Below are positions 14,117 through 25,639 of a stretch of 64,000 bases of DNA, piece by piece. Each line of letters begins with the position of its first letter. The stretch's first letter is position 1. A program made the position numbers and the translations under genes. Source of the stretch: Pristiophorus japonicus (taxonomy: Eukaryota); the NCBI RefSeq assembly GCF_044704955.1, contig NW_027251257.1:992001-1056000 (forward strand), given 5' to 3'. The notes beneath the pieces were generated by a model. The model was given only the letters and a program-made list of their open reading frames with translations, was not told the DNA's origin and ran no database searches.

Positions 14117-17100
14117 AGATTTGTGTACAACTCTTTTAATAGGAGACAAAATTAACCAATTAAGTCAAATGCCCCCCAATCTGGGGGACACTCCAAACAT
14201 TTTTCAACTGCCCTTTTTATTTTGACTTTTTTTGGGGGTTTTTTTTGTGATTTTTTTGGGGCAATAAAATCATAAATCTTTACTAGTGCCCCCTATAAAA
14301 GGGGAGGAGGACACTAAAAACCCGGCAATTAAAACAAATTAAACTTTAAAACATATAAAATCCAATTAAAATTCGGTTGCCGGGGATAACAATGCACTCC
14401 AGTCCCTCCGCCGCCCACCTCTCGCGGAAGGCCGCAAGCATACCGGTGGACACCGCGTGCTCCATCTCTAAGGACACCCTGGACCGGATGGAGGCGTGGA
14501 AGAGAGGCAGGTAGTCAGGCTGAACGATCACCTCGACCGGCTGATGGCACCCTTGGCCGTGACCTGGAGCAGTCCGATGAGAAGGCCCTCGGACCTACCC
14601 GCTCCCCTCCGCACAGGGTGTCCAAAGATCAGGAGTGTGGGACTGAAGTGCAGTCAGAATTTCAGGAGCAGCCCCTTTAAATATTGGAACAGGGGCTGCA
14701 ACCTCGTACATTCAATAAAAACATGGAACACGGACTCTTCCAGACCGCAGAAATTGCAGATGGCCTGGGAGCCCGTGAACCGGCTTAAAAATTTGTTGCA
14801 CAGGACTGCTCCATGCACCACCCTCCAGGCCCAGTCCCCGATAAATAATGGGAGGAGATTTGTGTACAACTCTTTTTTAGGGGGAGACAAAATAAACATT
14901 AAATCAACTGCCCCCCGATCTGGGGGACACTCCAGACACTTATACCTGACCTCTTTTTTTTGTGTATTTTTTTCCTGTTGTGATTTTTTTGGGTGGCATT
15001 AAAATCATATAATTTACAAGTGCCCCCTATAAAAGGGGAGGGGGACATTAAAACCGGCAATTAAAACAAATTAAACTGTAAAATAAATAAAATCAAATTA
15101 AAATTTGGTTGCCGGGGGTTAGAATGCACTCCAGTCCCTCCGGCGCCCACCTCTTGCGGAAGGCTGCGAGCGTACTGGTGGACACCGCGTGCTCCATCTC
15201 TAAGGAAACCCTGGCCCGGATGTAGGCGCGGAAAAGAGGCAGGTAGTCAGGCTGAACGACCCCCTCGACTGCCCGCTGCCTGGACCGGCTGATGGCACCC
15301 TTGGCCATGCCCAGGAGCAGTCCTACGAGGAGGCTCTCGGACCTATCCGCTCACCTCCGCCCAGGGTGCCCAAAGATCAGAAGTGTGGGACTGAAATGCA
15401 TCCAGAATTTCAGGAGCAGCCCCCTTAAATAATAAAACAGGGGCTGCAACCTCGTGCATTCAATAAAAACATGGAACACGGACTCTTCCAGACTGCAGAA
15501 ATTACAGGTTGCCTGGGAGCCCGTGAACCGGCTTAAAAATTTGTTGCATAGGACTGCTCCATGCACCACCCTCCAGGCCAAGTCCCCAATAAATAATGGG
15601 AGGAGATTTGTGTACAACTCTTTCTGGGGGGTGACAAATTAACATTAGATCGAGTGCCCCCCGATCTGGGGGACACTCCAGACACTTATAAATGCCCTTT
15701 TATTTTGTGTTTTTTTTTCCTGTTGTGATTTTTTGGGGGGCATTAAAATCATATAATTTACAAGTGCCCCCTATAAAAGGGGAGCGGGACATTAAAACCG
15801 GCAATTAAAACAAATTAAACTGTAAAATAAATAAAATCAAATTAAAATTTGGTTGCCAGGGGTTATAATGCACTCCAGTCCCTCCGGTGCCCACCTCTCG
15901 CGGAAGGCCGTAAGCGTACCGGTGGACACCGCGTGCTCCATCTCTAAGGAAACCCTGGCCCGGATGTAGGCGAGGAAAAGAGGCAGGCAGTCAGGCTGAA
16001 CAACCCCCTCGACCGCCCGCTGCCTGGACCAGCTGATGGCACCCTTGGCCATGCCCAGGAGCAGTCCTACGAGGAGGCCCTCGGACCTACCCGCTCCCCT
16101 CCGCACAGGGTGGCCAAAGATCAGGAGTGTGGGACTGAAGTGCAGCCAGAATTTCAGGAGCAGCCCCTTTAAATAATAAAACAGGGGCTGCAACCTCGTG
16201 CATTCAATAAAAACATGGAACACGGACTCTTCCAGACCGCAGAAATTACAGGTTGCCTGGGAGCCCGTGAACCGGCTTAAAAATTTGTTGCATAGGACTG
16301 TTCCGTGCACCACCCTCCAGGCCAAGTCCCCGATAAATAATGGGAGGAGATTTGTGTACAACTCTTTTTGCGGGGAGACAAATTTACATTAGATCGAGTG
16401 CCCCCCGATCTGGGGGACACTCCAGACACTTATAACTGCCATTTTTTTTTGGTTGTTTTTTTAAAAACTTTTTTTTGTTTTTTTTTGTGATTTTTTTTTG
16501 GCATTAAAATTATAAATTTTACAAGTGCCCACTATAAAAGGGGAGGGGGACACTAAAAACCCGGCAATTAAAACAAATTAACCCTTAAAACATATAAAGT
16601 CAAATTAAAATTTGGTTGCCAGGGGTAACAATGCACCCCAGTCCCTCCGGTGCCCAGCTCTCGTGGAAGGTCGTGAGCGTACCAGTAGACACCTCATGCT
16701 CCATCTCTAAGGACACCCTGGACCGGATGTAGGCGCTGAAGAGAGGCAGGCAGTCAGGCTGAACGACCCCCTCGACCGCCCGCTGCCTGGACCGGCTGAT
16801 GGCACCCTTGGCCGTGCTCAGGAGCAGTCCTACGTGGAGGCCCTCGGACCTACCCGCTCCCCTCCGCACAGGGTGCCCAAAGATCAGGAGTGTGGGACTG
16901 AAGTGCAGCCAGAATTTCAGGAGCAGCCCCTTCAAATAATGGAACAGGGGCTGCAACCTTGTGCATTCAATAAAAACATGGAACACGGACTCTTCCAGAC
17001 CGCAGAAATTGCAGGCGGCCTGGGAGCCCGTGAACCAGCTTAAAAATTTGTTGCACGGGACTGCTCCGTGCACCACCCTCCAGGCCAAGTCCCCGATAAA

Positions 17101-17838
17101 TAGTGGGAGGAGATTTGTGTACAACTCTTTTTGAGTAAACAAATCATTATTTCAAGTGCTCCCCGATCTGGGGCACAGTACAAACATTTCACAAGGCCCC
17201 TTTTTTTTTTGTGCACTAAAGTCATAGTTTCTTTTTTCCAAGTGCCCCCTTTAAAAGGGGAGGGTGACACTAAAAACACCGGCAATTAAAACAAATAAAC
17301 TTTAAAACATAAAATCAAATTAAAATTTGGTTGCCGGGCGTGATGATGCACTCCAGTCCCTCCGGTGCCCACCTCTCGCGGAAGGCCGCGAGCGTACCGG
17401 TGGACACCGCGTGCTCCATCTCCAAGGACACCCTGGACCGGATGTAAGAGCGGAAGAGAGGCAGGCAGTCAGGCTGAACGACCCCCTCGACCGCCCGCTG
17501 CCTGGACCGGCTGATGGCACCCTTGGCCGTGCCCAGGAGCAGTCCTACAAGGATGCCCTCGGATCTACCCGCTCCCCTCCGCACAGGGTGCCCGAAGATC
17601 AGGAGTGCGGGACTGAAGTGCAGCCAGAAATTGAGGAGCAGCCCCTTTAAATAATAAAAGAGGGGCTGCAACCTCGTGCATTCAATAAAAACATGGAACA
17701 CGGACTCTTCCAGACCGCAGAAATTGCAGGCGGCCTGGGAGCCCGTGAACCGGCTTAAAAAGTTGTTGCACGGGACTGCTCCGTGCACCACCCTCCAGGC
17801 CAAGTCCCCGATAAATAATGGGAGGAGATTTGTGTACA
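14117..17838 (-). mobile_element. Five tandem 5'-truncated Tx1/L1-group non-LTR retrotransposon 3' ends (about 715-765 bp each)
   Basis: Each unit encodes GDLAWRVVHGAV...CNFCGLEESVFHVFIEC (RT-associated CCHC finger) plus a 3' UTR; units are separated by the identical 13-mer AGATTTGTGTACA at 14117, 14856, 15604, 16348, 17111, 17826. Confidence 0.85.
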
Positions 17839-19114
17839 GACAGGTTCCATTCACAATAGGTGGTTGTAATTAGCTTTCTGTCTCTGCTCAGCGGGCAGGA
17901 AACAGCTGGTTGTTTTTCTGCACCGAAGCAGCAGATGTTTCCTGCAAGTTACATTGTGAGTTCTCGCCCCTCCCTGATGGTGATATTGTGGATTTCTGTG
18001 ACAAAATGTGTGGGAGAGATATGGACTGTGTGTGGGTGGGATCAACGTGGAAGTTAACTCTTCGACTATTGAATCAGTAAACAACATCCATCTGAAATAT
18101 ATTTCTGCTGTCATGACTTTAAAAACATTATGTTTCGTGTATGACATGCGCAGTACTGAATAAAATATAATTGGAGCAATGCAAAGCTTTTGATGTATCG
18201 ATTAATGAAGGACAATTCTCCTCTGGTTTCATGCCATCTTCTATTACAATCCAGCAGACGGCAATGGAAGCTGTGCTGGTATCACATACACATAGAGAAC
18301 TACAGTTACAAAGAACGTAATAACCCATATAACAGTTCTTGGTCCCTTTGATAATTTATATTTGACTGCATGAGCTGCAGTCTGCCGAGTTACAGTCCCA
18401 GTGATGGAGCCTCTGACCGGGAATTCCAGTTACTGAGGTTTTGGTCAAATGCCATTGACAGCCTTTATATTTAAAAGTAAAACACCCTCTGGTACAACTG
18501 TGAGAGATGTGCACTTGGCATCAGAACATCTGGCCACAAGTGGATTAAGTTCAGCACCAAACCAACCTGCACGATGGCAACACTCAATTAAAGCATTTAT
18601 TATAATGTTTTCCCTTTCTGGTGCAAATTAAAAATGTTACCTCAAACCAATAATATCCCAAAGCTACGAATGTAATTTCTCCTTTAATCGGTTCACACTG
18701 ATCGACACTGTTTAATCTGCAGTGTTGAGGAAATTTCCATGGTCGGTGGGACAGTAATGTAATTGCGATTAGAAAGCGAGGCAGCGTGATTGAATCCTCA
18801 CCCAGATAACTTCGGGCGGACTGTGCGGTCTCCTCACAATTATACAGATCGATGTAGATCTTCACTTTTAACATTTAGAATTGCTCAGCGTGAAATAAAG
18901 TAACAATCTCCACACGGGTGAACTGAGATCCAGTGCCCGATTTGGGCCAGGGACGATTGTATTAAGTGTGGAGCTGCACAGACGCGATGGACGCTATCTG
19001 ATAAAATATAATGTTGTTCCCAAACTTAGCTTTCCCTGCTGTATAACCGGCAAGAATATCATCAACTCGTGTGTCCTTTTCTCTTCCATCCCACAAGCAG
19101 TTGCCGATCAGAAA

Positions 19115-19460
19115 AATAAAGACTTGCATTTATATAGCTCCTTTCTCGACATCAGGATGCCCCAAAGCTCTTTAGAGACAATTAAGTACTTTTTTGAGTG
19201 GTATCACTGTTGCAATGAAGGGAAACACGGCAGCCAATTTGTGCACAACAAGATCCAACTAACAGCATTGTGATACATGACTAAATGATCTGTTTTAGTG
19301 AAGTTGGTTGAGGGATAAATATTGGTCAAACACAGGGGAGAACTCTGTTCGAAATAATTCCATGTGATATTTTCCATCCACCTGAGGGGAATTGGACACG
19401 GAGTAAATGTGGGCTGTTTGTGGAGAATCCTCACACTGAATCAATTGTATACTGAATATG
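19115..19460 (-). mobile_element. SINE / L2-tail element (DeuSINE-like)
   Basis: Begins GACTTGCATTTATATAGCTCCTTT, the reverse complement of an L2-type 3' tail; a similar tail lies at about 27810. Confidence 0.5.
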
Positions 19461-19684
19461 TTTTGGATAGATGGTGTATAATCCCCAGCAGTATATCGGC
19501 AATCAAAGTCAAAATAAGTTGGGGGAATGGACACAAAAGACGGATTATTAATGGTTAATTATATTTTACACAGCTGGACTCAGACAGGAAAACAGGGGAG
19601 GAGTCAGTCTGCTGCTGGGGGAGGCGTGTGACTCCCAGTCCCCATCCCTCTCTCTCTCTCACACACACACAGGGCTCCGGACAG

Positions 19685-19692
19685 TTTAAATA
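19685..19692 (+). promoter_or_regulatory. Putative TATA box of the VH promoter
   Basis: TTTAAATA about 90 bp upstream of the leader ATG; no ATGCAAAT octamer seen in the proximal 300 bp, consistent with shark VH promoters. Confidence 0.5.
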
Positions 19693-19780
19693 GCGGGACC
19701 CAGCTCCAGGTTCACAATCAGGAGGCGGTGTTGCGGCACCAAGACACGCTCCCGAGTCAGTTACACCGAGAGACCCGACG

Positions 19781-19826
19781 ATGGGACTTGCCCCGTGCCT
19801 CTGTTTGTTTCTGGCTTGCTTCACCT
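19781..19826 (+). CDS. IGHV: Ig heavy-chain leader exon (MGLAPCLCLFLACFT)
   Basis: ATG at 19781, hydrophobic peptide, phase-1 donor GTGAGT at 19827 in frame with the V exon. Confidence 0.92.
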
Positions 19827-19948
19827 GTGAGTATTCCTCGCTGCTTCCGTGACACAATAGAAGGCAGCTTCAGATATTGTGTTTTTATTTCTATTCATTG
19901 ATGTGAATGTTCTCCAATGTAATTACAATTTATTTCATTCACTGACAG

Positions 19949-20251
19949 ATGTCCGGTCCGATATTGTGCTGACCCAGTCGGCTTCTGTGTCGAGGAAGCT
20001 CGGAGAATCTCACAAACTGTCCTGTTCAGTGAACGGGTTCAATCTGGACAGCCACCACGTGCACTGGTTTAAACAAGTTCCCGGGAAGGGGCTGGAGTGG
20101 CTGCTTGCTTACAGAAATCCGTCGGATACCAAACTTTACGCGCCTGGAGTCGAAGGTCGGATCATCCCTTCAAGAACATCTTCCACAACCTACATCGAGA
20201 TCAAGAACCTGAGAACCGAAGACTCCGCCATGTATTACTGTGCAAGACGGG
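19949..20251 (+). CDS. IGHV: Ig heavy-chain V exon, open reading frame
   Basis: Acceptor CAG 19946-48; (Y)VRS-DIVLTQ...LSC...HWFKQVPGKGLEWL...EDSAMYYCARR with both conserved Cys and Trp. Confidence 0.95.
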
Positions 20252-20290
20252 CACAGCGACCTGAACACGTCCTGGGCTCGTACAGAAACT
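20252..20290 (+). promoter_or_regulatory. 23-RSS of VH
   Basis: CACAGCG (20252-58) + 23 nt + ACAGAAACT (20282-90). Confidence 0.93.
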
Positions 20291-20649
20291 GAACGGAGAG
20301 CAATTGCAGCAACTTCCATCGAATTCTCGGTCAGTAACGGTGTAAAATATATCAAGAGATGTGTTTAACCTAGATTGGAAGAATGTATTTACTACAGCAA
20401 TAAATTGTCTAAGAATAAAATGCACATTAACTAGATTTGTATAGATGAAGATGGTTTATAGTTACTGTTTACAGTGTCCCGGATTAACAACGAGGATTCA
20501 ATGGAACCTTTAATATTGTATCTATGGGCATGATTTTGGTAGAATTCTGCCCTCTGCGAAAGAATCATCAATAGATAATCAATATCTGATAAAACCTTCT
20601 GTTGATTGAGCGATTTATTACCTGACAGCGTTAATCAGAGAGTGAGTGC

Positions 20650-20677
20650 AGTATTTGTGCGGGTCCCTGTCACTGTG
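20650..20677 (-). promoter_or_regulatory. 12-RSS 5' of the J segment
   Basis: AGTATTTGT (20650-58) + 12 nt GCGGGTCCCTGT + CACTGTG (20671-77). Confidence 0.88.
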
Positions 20678-20730
20678 GTACAGCTATCTCGACGACTGGG
20701 GACAAGGCACCATGGTGACAGTGACTACAG
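20678..20730 (+). CDS. IGHJ: JH segment, possibly germline-joined DJ (YSYLDDWGQGTMVTVTT)
   Basis: WGQG motif; phase-1 donor GTAAGA at 20731 in frame with Cmu1. Confidence 0.95.
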
Positions 20731-23700
20731 GTAAGAAACATCCACTCTTTCAGTAACTGTGGAATTTGTTTCTTTATTTTATATTTCTGTTTATTTCAAT
20801 AATTCACTGATTCGCTGGGTTCCGTGTTAAGTTTTTTTTTTAGCTATGTTTCATTTGATTCTGCTGCAATGCTTTTATGGAATGAAACTACTTCTCAACA
20901 CAAAATGTTCTTTCGGGATTGATCCCCAGATTGATGTGATTTGGTGTTTATCTGCTGATGGGACTGTGCGCCTGGGTTACTTTAAACACCCAATGGTTAT
21001 TAAACTCTTTGGCGTTTCTACAATGCTTAATCTCGGTAACATCTAATTGCTGCATGTTTTCTGATCAAACGCAAATATTATATTTAAATGTGTTTGAAAG
21101 ATGATTGTAGGCAGAAACAGAACGCTTTAGAGGTTATAAATAAATGTAAGATATTTTATTATGTTTTATTAATGATAATTGCATTGTCATTTATTGATCA
21201 AAAATTGACGAATGCTCATATACGTGAAATGTTACTGTAATGAAGAACTATATAATTAATATATTTGTGGCATGAATCAGATTTAACTTAATACAAATTA
21301 CATTATTATAATGTAGTAATAGCAGGCAAGAGCACAACAATATCCTGTATCAATATTAATTGATTAACATGATCCGTCTAATCACAATTCTGCTGTCATT
21401 ATTTTATATTTCTATTTATTTCAATAATTAATTCGTTCAGTGATAAACGAGTTCGCTGGATTCTGTAGTGACATTTTTTGGCAATGTTACATTTGATTCT
21501 TCTGAAAGGGTTTATAGAATTAAGTTGCTTCTCCACAAACCATTGTGTTGTGGGATCCAGCCCCTCAGTGCTGTTGTTTGCTGTTTATCTGCTGAGCAGA
21601 GTGTGTGTCTGGGTTACTCTGAATAACGAAACTTTGTGAAACTGTTTGGTTTTTGTGCAATGTTTATCTCAATGACATCGAACTGCTGCAGGTTTTTATG
21701 ATCCGTTTAAAACTGTTTCAAAGATAATTGTCGGCAGACAATAAGTAGGTTTTATAAATTATAAATCGTTTATAAATAATTTTCTTCATCTTATTATTTA
21801 AGTGAGACTTACAGGTTCAACTATTAACCTATGGTTTCCGGTGCACACATTTAATACATGGAATGTTACTATTATATGATTACAAATTTGCAGGTTGAAG
21901 GGGAGTTAAATACATATAATTCAAACAATTATAATGAGGTAATGTTGCCCAATATCACTAAATATGAGATGGAATTAATATTCATGTATTAAACATTATT
22001 CGCCTCCCACAATTCTGCTGTGCACTGGTCACAATTAACGTGAGCGGAAAATTTTAGAGGCTGGAAGCAATTTCTGATTATATCTGAAATTATTTTAATA
22101 ACAGCATACTGATTCCACCGCAGTTCAATGAGGGTCTGAAATTAATTGTTATCTCCCTGTTTTACACAGATGCATGACAGATTGTATTCAATTATCAATA
22201 AAATGCGAGTTGTAAATTGCAGTTTGTAAATGTCATAAATCTGACTGGTTATTAAATTCTTAAATCATGCAATTTCTTCATTTTTATTTGTTGTTTCATA
22301 GCGAGACAATTATCACTAAGCTAATCTGAAACCGTTTGTAAGATGATAGGCTGAGCGGTAGACGTCGCTGGCAGTCAAAGCATTGTTCATATGATTCTAT
22401 TTAAATTCAAGAAAAGTGCAGACTGACAGACACACAACCCATTGAAATGCAAGCGGATTAATTTAATTTCAAAAGGTCAATATTAGTTTTGAATTGAGTA
22501 ACAACATCCAGTCTCCCATTGCTGTGCTGTATATGGGATAGAATTATAGACAGTGAACAGGTTACATTTAAGAGTTATGTTTAACTATCATTCATGTTAA
22601 ATTGATCAACAAAATCTCTCCTCCATTTGCTCATTAAATGTCAGTGTCGCAGATGGTCTGAATGATTTGTTCCCCGCCAATATTATGTTGATCATTCTGG
22701 AACTTAGTTGAAGTAAATAGCCGAATATATTTAATAATTAATTTACGGGCATTGTGTGAATTACGGGAGTAAAATATAAAAAGATTGTCTGTGTTATTAA
22801 ATAGCGGAGACTCTGTTACTGACTGCACATTGGAATCTTGCCTTTTACTTCACAAAATATATTTTATAGTTAAGATTGAGGATAATGTTTAAACTGGAGG
22901 GCCCTGATTTAGAAAACATACGATGTTACAGCCCTCCCATAGTTAGTGAGATGTAACCAGGGCCAGACTTTGAACTATTTAAAATTGTCCACTCCTAAAT
23001 CCATCATGTGAAATCCACTCTGAGAAAAGATGGAGTGTATGTTGTATTAGAGAGTTCAGAAATATACAGAGTTTATAAGTGTGCAGATAGAAAGCGGGAA
23101 TGTAATGGAAACTCGTCACCATTTTAACAATCAAATGTGATTTGATTCAAGTAAGCATAATATATTAGTCTGAATGTCTTTATATATTAATTTGATTCTT
23201 AATATTTTAAAATTGATAATTGCCATGTTAATTTAAATGAAACGCTAATATTTCACACGTTACCAAGCAGAAACAGGATTAAAATGAATATTAACTAATG
23301 TTATTATAATGCAGTATTACATCAGCTAACATCAATAATATCAGTGTGAACTCATTAACCATTAATGACCTCCCACAATTGCGTTGTATACTGGACAGTA
23401 TTACAGTTACTGCAAAATCTTTGGGTTGGAGAAAATTTTAAATTATGTCTAACATTAATTTAGTAAACAATACATGTCTTACTCAGCTGTGTTTAGATGG
23501 ATAAGGTGTCGCCGCAGATTTTAATGAATTAACTTCGTGTTTTGCCTCGATGATTTTACAGATTATATTTAATTATGAAATTGTATTGAACCAGTGGGTA
23601 ATGGGTTTTCAATGTAACTGTTTCCTGGTTTGTTAAATTCCTAATCTGACAGGAAGTCCCGATTAAATACAGCAAATTACCCAGAAATGTGAATTATTTC

Positions 23701-24139
23701 GATATAATTGTTTTTTTTAGGATTTGTACGATTGTAGAGAGGGAGGGAGAAATAATTGGAAGTAGAAGAAAGTTTTTCAAATTAGTATCAGTTTAGTCTT
23801 TAAAAATGTGCAGTTTTGAGATGGTCAGAAATTGACAAGAGATCAATTGTAAATCAGCTCCATTGAAAGTGACAGATAGTACCGATCTATCTGCTGAGAG
23901 CACGATTGTGCCTGTTCTGTTTCTGTGCGCCTGCTCACTGTGTGAGAATCAGGATTCCTCCTGACTGGTTGTAAACCTTCCGCTTTGTCCTCTTGTATTT
24001 CACGGAGTGCAATTCGACTCATTTATTTGAGAAGCTTGCATCTGTGAAAAATGTGACTGTTAAGTTTGAGCAGGCACCTCAGAAATGGGACCAATAACGC
24101 AATTTGTGGCATTTAGAAGCAGCAATTGAAAAACATTTT

Positions 24140-25030
24140 TGTTAGACTGTAGAAGGAGCTTTAATTAGTTTCTAACCCGTGTTATACCTGCCCCGGGACT
24201 GCCTGATGGGACAGTGTAGAGGGAGCTTTACTCTGTATCTAACCCGTGCTATACCTGCCCCGGGAGTGCCTGATGGGACAGTGTAGAGGCAACTTTACTC
24301 TGTATTTAACCCGTGCTGTACCTGCATTTGGTCAGTTTGATGGGACTATTTAGAGGGAGGTTTACCCTGTATCTAATCCGTGCTGTACCTGCTCTGGGTC
24401 AGTTTGATGAGACAGTGTAGAGGGAGCTTTACTCTGTATTTTACCAGTGCTGCAAGTGCCCTGGGTCAGTGTGTTGGGACAGTGTAGAGCGAGCTTTACT
24501 CTGTATCTAACCGGAGTAACCTGCCCTCGGAGTGTTTGAAGGGGCAGAGTAGAGGGAGATTTACTTTGTATTTAACCCATGCTGTACCTACCCTCGAAGT
24601 GTTTGATGAGACAGTGTAGAGGGAGCTTTACACTGTATTTAACCCTGGGACTCTGGGAGTGTTTGATGGGATAGTGAAAAGGGAGAATTTATTTTGTATC
24701 TAACCCGTGTTGTACCTGCCCTGGGTCAGTCTGATTATGCAATGTATAAGGAGCTTAACTCTGTATTGAACTCGTGCTGGAACTGTCCCGTGACTCTTTG
24801 ATACGACAGTGTAGAGGGAAAATGTACTCTATATCTAACTCGTGTTCTATCTGCCCTGGTAGGACAGGGTACATGGAGCTCTGCTCTGTATTTATCTAGT
24901 ACGGTACATTATCTGGACTGTTTGACACTGTAGTATTGACATGGCTTTTCTCGGAATCAATTCCTTGATACACCTGACCATACAGTGCAGAGGGAACTTT
25001 ACTCTATATTATTTGTAATATAACAGACCT
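24140..25030 (+). repeat. 67-bp minisatellite in the J-C intron
   Basis: Unit GGGACAGTGTAGAGGGAGCTTTACTCTGTATCTAACCCGTGCTGTACCTGCCCTGGGAGTGTTTGAT; period 24208 to 24275. Confidence 0.92.
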
Positions 25031-25639
25031 GAAAATGTTTTATCCAGGGTTGTTCATGGAGCCTCAATTTGCATCCAACTAATAAAGTGCGAGTTATCGA
25101 GCCAGATATATACAAATAAATATTTCAATTGCTCCAATGAAACAACCGTGCATTAATTGAGTTTAACCTTATTGCAAAATAACTGCCTAATTTTTAGTGA
25201 ATTGATAAACTTTAAACATTTTGAGTATCAGATAATGATTGAATGAGATTGGCCTGATCTTGAGCTCACTTTCAGAACAAATAGTTTCAGGAAAAGACTG
25301 TAACAGTCCAGAACGCAGCGCCTGTTCTGATCTGATGGGAGGCTGGAAGTTACTTTGACAATTTAAATGGTGAATGTCGAGACTCCCGCTCCAAATAACC
25401 ATCATTTCGTTCGATTATTATTTTTAAATGCACCAGGCAGTGACAGACACAGGTGAGATGCAGCTGTTGGACTGGGTCACAACACAAGGCACACAGTAAC
25501 TGAACTGCGGTTCTGTGAAACATTTAAAGAGATACATTCAGTCAGCAATGAGTTGCCATTCACAGTAATCTTTCAAACTCTGTAACGGTATCCAATTGAA
25601 TCGTTTGAGTCAAATTTCTCAGTCCCTTTATTTTAAATA

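Noticed and set aside
14117-17838. CRISPR-like repeat/spacer appearance
   Set aside because: Eukaryotic DNA; the spacers are about 730-bp homologous retroelement ends and there are no cas genes
19949-20251. IgNAR or NAR-TCR V assignment
   Set aside because: Has full FR2-CDR2 (WFKQVPGKGLEWL) and is linked to a Cmu1 with the light-chain Cys, unlike NAR V
20452-20480. TACTGTT...TACAGTG as a possible D segment between V and J
   Set aside because: Heptamers lack the essential CAC, there is no room for a coding segment and no correctly spaced nonamers
23918-23942. TGTTTCTGT...CACTGTG as a second J RSS in the J-C intron
   Set aside because: Spacer is 9 nt and no WGxG/FGxG J motif follows
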